Part shown: one piece after another, positions 30,987 through 41,065 of the stretch
How positions within the stretch are numbered: the first letter of the stretch is position 1
How the letters are laid out: every line of letters starts with the position of its first letter
NCBI GenBank assembly: GCA_963704455.1
Contig: OY969905.1
Location: 3,417,159-3,481,158 of the forward strand
From: an uncultured Acidobacteriota bacterium
GTDB lineage: Bacteria > Acidobacteriota > Terriglobia > Acidiferrales > UBA7541
Length of the DNA stretch: 64,000 bases
Direction of reading: 5' to 3'
The notes under the pieces: model-generated
What the model saw: only the letters and a program-made list of their open reading frames with translations
What the model was told of the DNA's origin: nothing
Databases searched by the model: none
Position numbers and translations under genes: made by a program

Positions 30987-33023
30987 CTACTCTTTTCCTG
31001 TCTTTCCAGCGGAGCTGCCCGGTAGCGCGGTGCCCTTCGGGTCCGTAGATTTCCCGGCGCCAAGCCCGGGGCCACCATTTCCAGCTAGGTATCGCATCGC
31101 GGTAGCGGCAAGTCCATCAAGCGCCCCGCCGCCATTCGATCCGCTCGTCACCAATATGTCCGGCACAAATTTTGACGTGCCTTCCGAGAGCTGCGTGATC
31201 ACATTTACAAGGGCGGTCGCGTTCGACCCCAGCGCTCGCACTTGAGCTTCATATCCGCGGGCGCGCGCCAATCCTACGGCTTCCACCTCGGCGCCCTTTG
31301 CGGCACCCGTCTGCCGAATGTATTCGGATTCGCCGCGCGCCTCTTCCGTGCGGGCATTCGCGTTGTTCGTCTTGATGTCCACTCCCACTTTCGATTTCGC
31401 CAGGTCCGCCTGCATTTCGGCCGTGCCCTTTGAATTCTCCATGGCGATTCTTTCTTCTTGGGCGGACCGCTGCTTCTTGTAGGTTTCAATTTCTTGGTTT
31501 GCGATTTCACGCTGCGTCAGCACTTTCACCAAATCTTCCGGCAGCTCAACGTCCTGGATATACACGCCGCGCGTTTCCACGTGATATTGGTCGAGCTGCT
31601 CCTTAATATGCTTAAACGCTTCTTCTTGTACCTGTTGCCGCGTTTCGATGAACCGGATTGCGGGCATGCTCTGCAATTTGTCGCGGAAGTGATTCCCCAC
31701 TGCGGCCTGCAAAACTTCGTTCACCAAGTTCATCATCGTGCCGACCATGGAGATCACGCGAGGCGCATTTGTGTCCGGTACGTGGATTTGCACTTGCAAG
31801 TCAATGTGAAAAATGAATCCTTCATTGCTTTTGGCGACAATCTGCTGGAGATTCGCATCCAGATTGTGAGCCTGCGAAACCGCGTCCGCCCAGTTCAGCG
31901 TGAGGATTGACGTTGGCACAATTTCCGCCTGATAGCAGCGCGGGTTCAGCGGATATTTCCCAGTGCGCAGCGCTTCCTCCCAAATCCCGCGATGGCCCGG
32001 ACGCACGAGCGAGCCGAATTTGAAATCAGTCCCGGAAGTATCTTGTGTCGGCAAACCAACATACGCCTTCACAACTCCGACCTGTCCCTGTTGCACCACC
32101 AGCATCTCCACCATCTCAACGCTTACCAGGAACGGGTTCAGCGCGTACGCGCCATAGAGCAGGGGATCGTGCTGCAACCCAATGCGTCCCCCATTGTCCA
32201 GGAATCCCTGAAAGTCCTGATAGTTGTTGTGGAGTTTGTTCTTATTTCCCAGGAGCACTTCGATGATCTCACCGTCGGAGGCGCTTGCCTTCTCCATCGC
32301 GTCAATATCCGCAAATCCACCCAAGCGGCCGGCAATGTCTCCTGAAGGCAGAGGATCGCCCTCGTAGGTAGTCACGATGCCAACAGAATCCCTGAGCGCG
32401 CCGCTTTTGTCGACGGGCCTCGGCTCGATTCGCACCAGGTCAAGCTGGTCCGGGCGAAGGCCCAGCGCATCGCACGTAAGCCTTCCCGCCTTTGCGGCTC
32501 GCACGCGCAGTTCAGATGAAATCGGCAGCCCGAATACCTGATTCTTCGTCAAGACCATGAAACCAACAGGATGAATAGGCGCCAGCGTACCGGGAGGAAA
32601 TACAGGCCGCTGAACGCCTTTCTGACCTCCGCCAGTCACAAACGACCGCAGATTTGAAAAGTTTCCGAACTCTTTCTTATAAACCGCGGATTTTGCGCCA
32701 ATCGGCAGCGGCGTGCCCACTTGCGAAATCACCACCCCGACCTCTCCAGCCGGAACCTGCACCCACGGGAATTTCATGACCTCGTAGAGAAGCCAGGCTT
32801 TCCAACGGAGCCCGGGCATAAGTAGATCCGCCTGATAACCGGCCTCGCCATGAAAGGCGATGGCGTTGTCATCGCTCAATTTCTTGGCGGAAACGCGCTT
32901 CAGGACCAGCCCAACTTCCGCCGGCCCCACGCGGCGGATGGACATCAATATGTAAATCACTACGAGCACAACTGCGGCAGACACCCAGAGAGAGTAAGGG
33001 AATCCTAGTAGCATGTGAGTCAC
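30987..33023 (-). CDS. flotillin-like SPFH/band-7 domain protein (long form, 678 aa)
   Basis: N-terminal TM. SPFH region and the flotillin E/A/Q-rich coiled-coil repeat (...EEAFKHIKEQLDQYHVETRGVYIQDVELPEDLVKVLTQREIANQE...). Confidence 0.85.
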   Translation of the reverse strand: MTHMLLGFPYSLWVSAAVVLVVIYILMSIRRVGPAEVGLVLKRVSAKKLSDDNAIAFHGEAGYQADLLMPGLRWKAWLLYEVMKFPWVQVPAGEVGVVISQVGTPLPIGAKSAVYKKEFGNFSNLRSFVTGGGQKGVQRPVFPPGTLAPIHPVGFMVLTKNQVFGLPISSELRVRAAKAGRLTCDALGLRPDQLDLVRIEPRPVDKSGALRDSVGIVTTYEGDPLPSGDIAGRLGGFADIDAMEKASASDGEIIEVLLGNKNKLHNNYQDFQGFLDNGGRIGLQHDPLLYGAYALNPFLVSVEMVEMLVVQQGQVGVVKAYVGLPTQDTSGTDFKFGSLVRPGHRGIWEEALRTGKYPLNPRCYQAEIVPTSILTLNWADAVSQAHNLDANLQQIVAKSNEGFIFHIDLQVQIHVPDTNAPRVISMVGTMMNLVNEVLQAAVGNHFRDKLQSMPAIRFIETRQQVQEEAFKHIKEQLDQYHVETRGVYIQDVELPEDLVKVLTQREIANQEIETYKKQRSAQEERIAMENSKGTAEMQADLAKSKVGVDIKTNNANARTEEARGESEYIRQTGAAKGAEVEAVGLARARGYEAQVRALGSNATALVNVITQLSEGTSKFVPDILVTSGSNGGGALDGLAATAMRYLAGNGGPGLGAGKSTDPKGTALPGSSAGKTGKE

Positions 33024-33135
33024 CCCAAGGAGAGATCAAAATCATCGTGCGCTTGCGCTTATTCTGTTGTCAAGCAGCGCAGGCCCAAAGAGAGTTTGCA
33101 GAGTCAGAAAACACAGCTGAGGCTTTATGAATTCC

Positions 33136-33789
33136 TTAGCTCGTTTTCGCCGCCTGTGAAGCCGGAGGATTTCCCCGCAGCCCCAGCGCATCCGCTACCC
33201 CGCGCATCGCTTCAATGCAGAACGCGATATGCTGGTCGAGCGGAATGCCCAGTTCTTCCGCGCCTCGCCGCACGTCGTCACGATTCACACCTCGTGCGAA
33301 TGCCTTGTCCTTCATCTTGCGCATCACGGATTCCGGCTCGACCTCAAAGATGCTCTTGCCCGGCTTCACCAGCGAACACGCAGTCAGAAATCCTGCAAGC
33401 TCATCGCATGCAAAGAGCGTGTGGTCCAGCGCAGATTCCCGCGCCACGCCGGTATAGTCCGCGTGCGCAAGAACCGCGTGGATCATCTCTTCAGGGTATC
33501 CGCGCTCGCGCAATATCTTCGAACCTTCATAAGGGTGCTCGGCGTCAGCGCGATGGTCGTTGTTCGGCCAGCGCTCGTAGTCGAAGTCGTGTAGCAGCGC
33601 AGTTATGCACCAAAGCTTCTCATCCGCTCCAGTTTTGTGCGCATAAGCCCGCACGCACGCCTCAACGGCCAGCGCGTGCTTGCGCAGGTTTTCATTCTGT
33701 GTGTATTCGCAAAGCAGATTCCACGCCGAATTTCGATCAATGACCACCGCTGTCCCCCTTTGAACCACCCTTTGGACCGAGGAATGCAT
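33136..33789 (-). CDS. HD-domain phosphohydrolase
   Basis: ...ITALLHDFDYERW... and HAVLAHADYTG (H...HD...H...D arrangement). Confidence 0.75.
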   Translation of the reverse strand: MHSSVQRVVQRGTAVVIDRNSAWNLLCEYTQNENLRKHALAVEACVRAYAHKTGADEKLWCITALLHDFDYERWPNNDHRADAEHPYEGSKILRERGYPEEMIHAVLAHADYTGVARESALDHTLFACDELAGFLTACSLVKPGKSIFEVEPESVMRKMKDKAFARGVNRDDVRRGAEELGIPLDQHIAFCIEAMRGVADALGLRGNPPASQAAKTS

Positions 33790-33994
33790 AGATTACCGCA
33801 ACTCTCGAAGTTTCTGCGTGTTTGAGTAACTAGACTTTCGGCCTCGGAGTCTGAGTAATCTCGGGAATGTGTCAAACGCAGCGAAAGCTGAAAATAACCC
33901 TTGACACGGGGAAGCGATACACCGACAATGCCCAACGCGCCTGTTTCTGCCTTCCCCCCAAGTGTAGTTCCTCTACTCCGCATGCCGGAAGAAT

Positions 33995-34675
33995 GTGCGA
34001 GGAGCACCGGTGTCGGAACAAAACGGCAACAGGGCAATGAGTGATTTAGATCGTGATGTAATACGCTGCAAGACGTGCGGCTTGGTGCAGTATCGCACCA
34101 AAAACGACGTCTGCCGGCGTTGCTTGCACATGCTGCCGCCGAAGACGGAATTCTTGATTCCGCCCCCGGCGCCGCAGGAGTTGCCAGGCGACGAACGGCA
34201 ACTTTTCGAGAAGTGGCCGAACCGCGAGACGGTGGAAAACATCGGGCAGCGGATCCGGCAGCTTCGCGAATCGCGGGGGATGACGCAGAGCCAGCTACAG
34301 GCGCGTTCACGTGTTTCGCGCTCGTATCTCTCTCGCATCGAAAGCGGCCAGATGACCCCGAGCCTCGGAACGCTCGAAAAGATTTCCGAGGCGCTCGGTG
34401 TCGGCTTGAACCGCTTCTTTGTGCCGGAGTCCAATGGCGAAGCGCTGCTCGAAGATCCCTTTATTCAGGGATTGCGGCCGTTCCTGCGTCAGCTTGACTG
34501 GGAACAGTGGCAGTCCATTCTGAAGAGGCTCGCGGCAATTAGTGATCACGTCGCCGCACCCATCCTTCCCGCAGCAGGGAATGGCCTGGTGCGAACGATG
34601 CCGCAGCCGATGCGTGTTTCCGCTCCGACCTTTGTGCGCCGCCCTCAGCCTAGCGTCGCCGTGGGCCAGCGCTGA
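33995..34675 (+). CDS. XRE-family HTH transcriptional regulator with N-terminal CxxC...CxxC zinc ribbon
   Basis: CKTCGLVQYRTKNDVCRRC, then IGQRIRQLRESRGMTQSQLQARSRVSRSYLSRIESGQMTPSLGTLEKISEALGV. Alternative ATG start at 34037. Confidence 0.75.
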   Translation: MRGAPVSEQNGNRAMSDLDRDVIRCKTCGLVQYRTKNDVCRRCLHMLPPKTEFLIPPPAPQELPGDERQLFEKWPNRETVENIGQRIRQLRESRGMTQSQLQARSRVSRSYLSRIESGQMTPSLGTLEKISEALGVGLNRFFVPESNGEALLEDPFIQGLRPFLRQLDWEQWQSILKRLAAISDHVAAPILPAAGNGLVRTMPQPMRVSAPTFVRRPQPSVAVGQR

Positions 34676-34815
34676 GCACGGCGGCGCTCTTACAACAGCG
34701 AGATTTGCAGGCGGCACGCACGGCGGTCCCGATAGTTCGGGGCGGCCGGGCGCGTCGCCTTTTCTTTTTTTGAATGTGCTTCCGGCGGAACTCAGAGAAA
34801 ATTTCGGGAAAAAAT

Positions 34816-35586
34816 CTAGCGGTCGAGGAATGCGCGCAGCCTCGCGTATCCGGCGCGGCTGACCGGAAGCTTCGCCCCGCTGTGCAGCACGGCGACGTGG
34901 CTTTCTTTCCCGTACGGCTCAACCCTTGCGATGCGCTCGAGATTCACGATGTACGAGCGGTGCACGCGCAGAAACCGCGCCGGGTCGAGCGCTGCCTCCA
35001 GGCTTGCGATGGTCTGCTGCTTCAGGTGTTTCTTTCCTTCGGCGCAGAGGGCGACATAGTCGTCCTGCGCCTCCGCATAATCCAGCTTTGCCACGGGGAT
35101 GATATGGACGCGCGCGCCGTCGCGCACCGGAATGCGATCCGCATATTGAGCGGGCGGTCGCGCCGCGGCGATCAACTCGGCGGTTGGAACCCCGGGGCGC
35201 GGCGATTTGCCCCCAAGCCGCTTTTTCGCGCGCTCCAGCGCCGCTCCGAAACGGTCCGCGCCTACCGGCTTCAGCAAATAATCCACCGCATGCACTTCAA
35301 ATGCCCGGATGGCAAATTCGTCGTGGGCCGTGACGAAAATAATTGCCGCTTCATTGCCAATAAGTTCGAGCACCTCAAATCCATCGAGCTTCGGCATTTG
35401 AATATCGAGGAATACAAGGTCCGGCTCCAATTCCGAAACGGCCTTGACCGCCTCAAATCCGTTTGCGCATTCCGCGGCAATTTCGATGTCCGCATGAGCG
35501 GAAAGGTATTCGCGCAGCACCTGCCGCGCCAGTTCTTCATCGTCCACGATAATGGTGCGAATCTTCTCGCCGGTTGCGCGTGTCAC
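34816..35586 (-). CDS. LytTR-family two-component response regulator
   Basis: Receiver domain (IIVDDEELARQVL...DLVFLDIQMP) plus a LytTR DNA-binding domain (...VHRSYIVNLERI...). Confidence 0.88.
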   Translation of the reverse strand: MTRATGEKIRTIIVDDEELARQVLREYLSAHADIEIAAECANGFEAVKAVSELEPDLVFLDIQMPKLDGFEVLELIGNEAAIIFVTAHDEFAIRAFEVHAVDYLLKPVGADRFGAALERAKKRLGGKSPRPGVPTAELIAAARPPAQYADRIPVRDGARVHIIPVAKLDYAEAQDDYVALCAEGKKHLKQQTIASLEAALDPARFLRVHRSYIVNLERIARVEPYGKESHVAVLHSGAKLPVSRAGYARLRAFLDR

Positions 35587-36653
35587 GCGGGCCGGGCCTC
35601 CTTTTCCGCCGGAAGCGTGATACTGACGCGGAACACGCCTCCTTCTGGTTTCACATGAATGCTTGCACGGCTGCCGTACCGCGCCGCCAGCCGCTGGCGC
35701 ACGTTCGCCAATCCGACACCACTCTTGCGCCGTGGAGGCGCATCCGGGTCAAAGCTGTTCTCGATTGCGATTTGCACCACGCCGTCCTGGCATTGCACAC
35801 CGAGCAGTATCGATCCGCCCTCCACCAAATTTGCCACGCCGTGCGCCACAGCGTTCTCCACCAGCGGCTGCAAGAGCAATGGAGGCACGTCGAACGCGAG
35901 CGCTTCCTCTTCGACGTTTTCCTCCATGCGCAGCCGCGCGCCAAACCGAATTTTCTCCACCGCCAAAAACGCGTTCACCAGTGAAAGTTCTTCTTCGAGC
36001 GGTATCACCGCCTTCTCGCCGAGCCCCAGCGTGCGCCGCAGGAAATCTCCGAGCAGGATGCACATCTCCCGCGCACGTGCCGGGTCCGAGCTTGTGAGCG
36101 CGCTTATCGAATTCAAGCTGTTAAAAAGGAAATGTGGGTTTACCTGCGCCTTGAGCGCCCGCAATTCAGCGTCACGCGCCAAAAGATTCGCGCGATTCAC
36201 CTTCGCCTCCGCCGCGCGCGACGATTCCACCGCGATAACAACGTAATAGAACGCCACCGAGAGGAGATAGAGAAGTCCGCCCATCCCCGCAACAAGCGGG
36301 ATGTCCGGCAAGAACCGTCTGTCCAGCCCCGGAAATACTCCAGTGTTCGAAAGTTCGAATGCCAGAAACTTGGCCGCAACTACCCACAAACTGGCGGCCA
36401 CTAGCGCACCCGTCATGTGCGTTCCCACCACGCGGATGAAACTCGATTTATCGAGCGGAGTTACCCGGCAGGAGTACCACGCGGAAAGGCACACCATTGC
36501 GTACAGGAGACAAAGTGCTATGGCGAGCGTTACGGACTCGCGCCGTGAAATCCCGCCGGGAATGCCCAGCAAGTAAGCAAACATCCCCGCAACCGGGATC
36601 CACGCGAGAAGATAAAGCGCCAGCTTGCGGAGATGGCTGAGGATCGGGTGCAT
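35583..36653 (-). CDS. LytS/YehU-type sensor histidine kinase
   Basis: N-terminal TM helices. His_kinase motif LKAQVNPHFLFNSLNSISAL. HATPase_c tail. Overlaps the response-regulator gene by 4 nt. Confidence 0.85.
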   Translation of the reverse strand: MHPILSHLRKLALYLLAWIPVAGMFAYLLGIPGGISRRESVTLAIALCLLYAMVCLSAWYSCRVTPLDKSSFIRVVGTHMTGALVAASLWVVAAKFLAFELSNTGVFPGLDRRFLPDIPLVAGMGGLLYLLSVAFYYVVIAVESSRAAEAKVNRANLLARDAELRALKAQVNPHFLFNSLNSISALTSSDPARAREMCILLGDFLRRTLGLGEKAVIPLEEELSLVNAFLAVEKIRFGARLRMEENVEEEALAFDVPPLLLQPLVENAVAHGVANLVEGGSILLGVQCQDGVVQIAIENSFDPDAPPRRKSGVGLANVRQRLAARYGSRASIHVKPEGGVFRVSITLPAEKEARPA

Positions 36654-36705
36654 TCACAAGTCAATTCAATTGAGTCGGGTCCATCCTGACGCCGTTCATC
36701 GCATC

Positions 36706-37506
36706 TCAGTCCTTGATTACTACGCCGCCCATAAGAATAATTCCGCGGACGATCAACCGTTTGGCAGGTCCTGCGTCCGGCGTCGGGGCGTGGTCCCGCT
36801 CGTCCACGAGCCCGCCCATCACGGGGGTACCCCGCATCTCTACACTCCAGTTGCTTGGGACGCGAATCTTTCCTCCACCCATAAACGCAATAACGTCAAT
36901 CACGGCCGAATCGCCTTGAATGTCCGCCTGTGTAAAGTCGATATCGAATCCGCCCCAGACCACGGCGACCCTTCCGCGCGTAAAATTCTTGCTCACGATG
37001 CGCTGCTTCACCCCGCCCATAAACCCTGAATAGTTGAATGTCCCGCTCGCCGCCTCTTCGCCGCCCACAACTCCCCAGTGTCTTTCCAGGCGCCCGACAA
37101 ATGGAATCCGTGATCCGTAATTCGGTGCCCCGCCATCGCTGAATCTGCGGACCACCAACGACAGCCCCAGTGCGATCAACAGGATCGGCCAGATGGTCTC
37201 AAACCCAATGTGGATGGGGATGTACCCAAGATCTCCAAGAAGCATGACTACGCCGATGGCAACCATTGCGAATCCAAAAAAGCGGGTCGTGCCGATGTGG
37301 CCGAATAGATTCTCCAGTCCGAGGAAGATGAAGACCGCTGGCCAAAAGAATAGATACAGCCGGTGCGCGGAAACTATTCCCTGTTGGTCCAGCAGCAGCA
37401 CCACGCCCAACGCGAGCAGAAACAGTCCAACAAAAATCCCTGAGCCGCCATGGACGATGAATATAGAGCGGCGCCGGTTGCGGTCCACGTTGGGGTTATC
37501 GTCCAC
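36706..37506 (-). CDS. LiaF-like membrane protein (TM N-terminus plus beta-rich C-terminal domain), putative
   Basis: 4 TM helices followed by a Gly/Val-rich repetitive beta-strand domain. The LiaF assignment is by architecture only. Confidence 0.45.
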   Translation of the reverse strand: MDDNPNVDRNRRRSIFIVHGGSGIFVGLFLLALGVVLLLDQQGIVSAHRLYLFFWPAVFIFLGLENLFGHIGTTRFFGFAMVAIGVVMLLGDLGYIPIHIGFETIWPILLIALGLSLVVRRFSDGGAPNYGSRIPFVGRLERHWGVVGGEEAASGTFNYSGFMGGVKQRIVSKNFTRGRVAVVWGGFDIDFTQADIQGDSAVIDVIAFMGGGKIRVPSNWSVEMRGTPVMGGLVDERDHAPTPDAGPAKRLIVRGIILMGGVVIKD

Positions 37507-37897
37507 GATCGCTCCCTCTGCTTGAATCCTGCGCCGAAGTGCCGGTCCGTGAGCTCAATAGAAAAATCGCCGCGCACCCGCCCAGAACAAACATCAGCGG
37601 CCAAAGTGGCGACGCCTCCGCAAGCGCCGTCCTGCTCAACAGGCCCACAAGGATAGTCCAGAGTCCGTGTGTCAGAAAGGGAATGATCCAAAAAGTGTCG
37701 CGCGTGAATGGGCCAAGTCCCAATTCCCCGAACTGCGCCATCAGCACGAGAAGAATCATGAGTCCGGCTGCGGCCATAAGTATTGCCGCGCCCGAGCTCG
37801 GCATTCCCGCGGAATTCTCTCGCGGATTCGCCACTTCATTCCGACGCGATTCATTCGCCATCTCCGCCCCTCCCGCGAACATTGTCGTGTCCTGCAT
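37496..37897 (-). CDS. small membrane protein
   Basis: 133 aa, 3-4 predicted TM helices. Overlaps the downstream gene by 11 nt. Confidence 0.4.
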   Translation of the reverse strand: MQDTTMFAGGAEMANESRRNEVANPRENSAGMPSSGAAILMAAAGLMILLVLMAQFGELGLGPFTRDTFWIIPFLTHGLWTILVGLLSRTALAEASPLWPLMFVLGGCAAIFLLSSRTGTSAQDSSRGSDRGR

Positions 37898-38019
37898 GGC
37901 GGGAGAATAGAGTTTGCGGCGCGTTGCGTCTCTTGTTTTTCGGTGAATGGCGGCTGGCTACCGGCGAACGGCCGGTGGCGCGGGAGGAAAAGGCCGCACA
38001 TCGCCTGGACTTGCAGCGT

Positions 38020-38613
38020 TCATTGCGCCGCCGCGGCGCCCGTTTTCATCAGAACAATCTTCGTAGTCATTCCCGCTTGCGTGAGGGCGACAACGTTCAT
38101 TGCATTGCCGTTCTTCAAAACGTAGGTGATGGAATTTGATTCTAAAGGTACTGGAAATCTCCGGTTGTTCGGAAGGATCTGTTTCTGTCCGGCCCCTTCG
38201 CGAACATAGTCCTTGCTGAGATTGGCGCGGTACCACGCGTCCACTTTTTCCACGGCATCCCTTGAGAAATACGTTTCCGCGCTCATAACCAGTTCTTGGC
38301 GAGGTGAAGTCACCTCCATACCAATGGCGCCCAGATTTGTCTCTGGATAGATCGGGATGCCGATGTCCTCCGCTTTTCCTTCGTGCACGGTCCCGCCACC
38401 CGGCACGTCGATCACCATGCCGCCGTTGGCATCCCTGTGGACATGATTCTTCATAAACGATCGCAATCCGAGTATTCCAGCGATGATCGCAAGCACCAGC
38501 ACCGTGCCGCAGCCGCCGAGAATCCACGCCAGTGTGTGGCTCTTTGGACCGGCCGGTGGGGCGCCCGGCCCTTCGGGCGAAATGGATGGAAGTGGAGTAG
38601 GTGGCGTGGTCAT
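38020..38613 (-). CDS. membrane-anchored hypothetical protein
   Basis: Pro-rich N-terminus, one TM, then a ~150-aa extracytoplasmic domain. Confidence 0.5.
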   Translation of the reverse strand: MTTPPTPLPSISPEGPGAPPAGPKSHTLAWILGGCGTVLVLAIIAGILGLRSFMKNHVHRDANGGMVIDVPGGGTVHEGKAEDIGIPIYPETNLGAIGMEVTSPRQELVMSAETYFSRDAVEKVDAWYRANLSKDYVREGAGQKQILPNNRRFPVPLESNSITYVLKNGNAMNVVALTQAGMTTKIVLMKTGAAAAQ

Positions 38614-38634
38614 GGCGATCTTCTGCGAATCCTC

Positions 38635-39621
38635 CTACGAGAATCGCACCTTCACGTCCGGCCGTTTCTCCAGATGCACTGTATCAATGAATCGGACCTG
38701 GCGCGTCTCGAGCGTAAGAATCAGCGACTGTGTCCGCGTGCCTTCTCCAAAAAATCGCACGCCGCGAAGCAGATTTCCGTCGGTCACGCCAGTGGCGGCA
38801 AAAATGATTCTTTTTCCGGGCGCAAGCTCATCCGTATCGTAGATGCGCTTCGGGTCGCGGATCCCCATTTTCGCCAGCCGCTCCACGTGCTCGGGCTTCG
38901 ACACCACCAGCCGCCCAAGAATTTGCCCGTTCAGGCAACGCAGCGCCGCCGCGGTCAACACGCCTTCGGGCGCGCCGCCCGTGCCCATCACGGCGTGGAC
39001 GCCCGTGCCGATCACAGCCGCGGAAATCCCCGCACTCAAGTCGCCATCGCCAATCAGCCGGATGCGTGCGCCCGTCGCGCGAATATCCGCGATCAGCTTC
39101 TGGTGGCGCTCCCTGTCCAGCACAATCACTACGAGGTCTTCTACGTCGCGATCGAGCCGCTTCGCGATCGCGCGAAGGTTTTCCGCCACCGGTGCATCAA
39201 GATCCACTGCGCCCTTGCACGACGGCCCGACCACGATCTTTTCCATGTAAAGGTCGGGCGCATGCAACAGGCCGCCGCGGTCGCTCGCCGCAAGCACCGC
39301 GATTGCGTTCGGCTCGCCTGTTGCGCAGAGATTTGTGCCTTCGAGAGGATCCACCGCGATATCCACTGCGGGGAAGTTGCGGTTTTTTTCACGCTGCGCC
39401 GCGCCGACTTTTTCCCCGATAAACAGCATCGGCGCCTCGTCGCGTTCGCCTTCGCCGATCACAATCGTCCCGTCCATCTCAACCGTGTCCATCGTCGCGC
39501 GCATCGCCTTCACCGCTTCGTCGTCGGCCTTGTGACGGTCGCCGAGGCCCATCGTGTGCGCCGATGCGATGGCGGCTTGTTCGACCACGCGCAAAAATTC
39601 CAGGCTCAGTTTCGATTCCAT
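38635..39621 (-). CDS. glpX: fructose-1,6-bisphosphatase class II
   Basis: [40 protein letters not shown]... GlpX-family N-terminus and length. Confidence 0.9.
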   Translation of the reverse strand: MESKLSLEFLRVVEQAAIASAHTMGLGDRHKADDEAVKAMRATMDTVEMDGTIVIGEGERDEAPMLFIGEKVGAAQREKNRNFPAVDIAVDPLEGTNLCATGEPNAIAVLAASDRGGLLHAPDLYMEKIVVGPSCKGAVDLDAPVAENLRAIAKRLDRDVEDLVVIVLDRERHQKLIADIRATGARIRLIGDGDLSAGISAAVIGTGVHAVMGTGGAPEGVLTAAALRCLNGQILGRLVVSKPEHVERLAKMGIRDPKRIYDTDELAPGKRIIFAATGVTDGNLLRGVRFFGEGTRTQSLILTLETRQVRFIDTVHLEKRPDVKVRFS

Positions 39622-39630
39622 TAGCGCTCC

Positions 39631-40803
39631 TCAGTAATAGGCGGCGATGCCCGTGATTTTTTCGCCGATGATCAGCTTGTGGATGTCGTTCGTTCCCTCG
39701 TATGTGTACACCGACTCCAGATTGTTCATATGCCGCATGATGCAGTAATCGTCCACGATCCCGTTCGCGCCCAGAATGTCGCGCGCCTTCCGCGCGATGT
39801 CCAGCGCGATGCCCACATTATTCATCTTCAGCATCGAGACGTGTGCGAAATCGGCTTTGCCCGCGTCCTTGCGCCGGCCCACATGCAGCGCCAAAAGCTG
39901 CGCCTTCGTGATCTCCGTAATCATAAAGACCAGTTTTTCCTGCACGAGCTGGTGCGCGGCAATTGGCTTGTTCGCGAACTGCTTCCGCGTCTTTGCATAC
40001 TGCAGCGCCGTGTCATAGCACGCCATCGCTGCGCCAATCGCGCCCCAGCCGATTCCGTAGCGCGCCTGCGTCAGGCACCCCAGAGGCCCCTTCAAGCCTT
40101 CCACGCCCGGCAAAACATTCTCGGCCGGGATTTCGCAATCCGTCATCGCCAGTCCCGAAGTAATCGAAGCGCGCAACGACCACTTGCCGTGCACATCCCA
40201 CGCCTTGAATCCCTTCGCGCCTTTTTCTACCAGGAATCCGCGGATTCTGTCGTCTTCGCACTTCGCCCAGATTACCGACACGTCCGCAAGCGACCCGTTC
40301 GTAATCCACATCTTCTCGCCGTTCAACACGTACCGGTCGCCGCGCTTCACCGCGCGTGTCAACATCCCGCCGGGGTTCGATCCGAATTGCGGCTCCGTCA
40401 GCCCAAAGCATCCGATGGCTTTGCCGCTCTGCAGGCTCGGAAGCCACTTGTCCTTCTGCGCTTGCGAACCATACGCATAAATTGGATACATCACCAGCGC
40501 GCTCTGCACGCTCACAAAACTTCGCAGTCCCGAATCGCCGCGCTCCAGCTCCTGGGTTACCAGTCCATACGCCACATTCGACATCCCCGCGCACCCATAC
40601 CCGGTCAGGTTTGCGCCGAAAAAGCCCAGCTCGCCGATCTGTGGCACCAGGTGCAGTGGAAACGTCCCCTCGCGGTTGTGTTTTTCAATGATGGGAAGGA
40701 TTTGTTCGTCCACAAACTGCCGCGCCGTCTGCCGGGCGAGCCTTTCCTCGTCATTCAGTTGCGAATCAAAATCAATAAAGTCCACTCCGGCAAAACCGGC
40801 CAT
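39631..40803 (-). CDS. acyl-CoA dehydrogenase (glutaryl-CoA dehydrogenase-like)
   Basis: ACAD N-, middle- and C-terminal domains. ATG at 40803 with GGAG 7 nt upstream. The longer track ORF starting at 40875 is less likely. Confidence 0.88.
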   Translation of the reverse strand: MAGFAGVDFIDFDSQLNDEERLARQTARQFVDEQILPIIEKHNREGTFPLHLVPQIGELGFFGANLTGYGCAGMSNVAYGLVTQELERGDSGLRSFVSVQSALVMYPIYAYGSQAQKDKWLPSLQSGKAIGCFGLTEPQFGSNPGGMLTRAVKRGDRYVLNGEKMWITNGSLADVSVIWAKCEDDRIRGFLVEKGAKGFKAWDVHGKWSLRASITSGLAMTDCEIPAENVLPGVEGLKGPLGCLTQARYGIGWGAIGAAMACYDTALQYAKTRKQFANKPIAAHQLVQEKLVFMITEITKAQLLALHVGRRKDAGKADFAHVSMLKMNNVGIALDIARKARDILGANGIVDDYCIMRHMNNLESVYTYEGTNDIHKLIIGEKITGIAAYY

Positions 40804-41065
40804 CCGTTGGCTCCTTTTTTGGATAACATCGCTGCGCGTAGTGCGTGCGCGGCGCCTGAAACGCGCAGAAACCACTTGTGACGCTGTATCTTAACAGTAT
40901 GCGTTTCAGAGCGGCAAGGTTCTGCCGAGATTGACGTAAACTGCGCGCCAATGCTATAAATTTTTGCTCTTGTTTGGGGTGCAAGAGCATCTGGTGTAGT
41001 GTGTCTTATACCAAGTAAGAGCATCTCACTCACGGGCGTCACCAGGGGCATCTCGAAATCGAACG

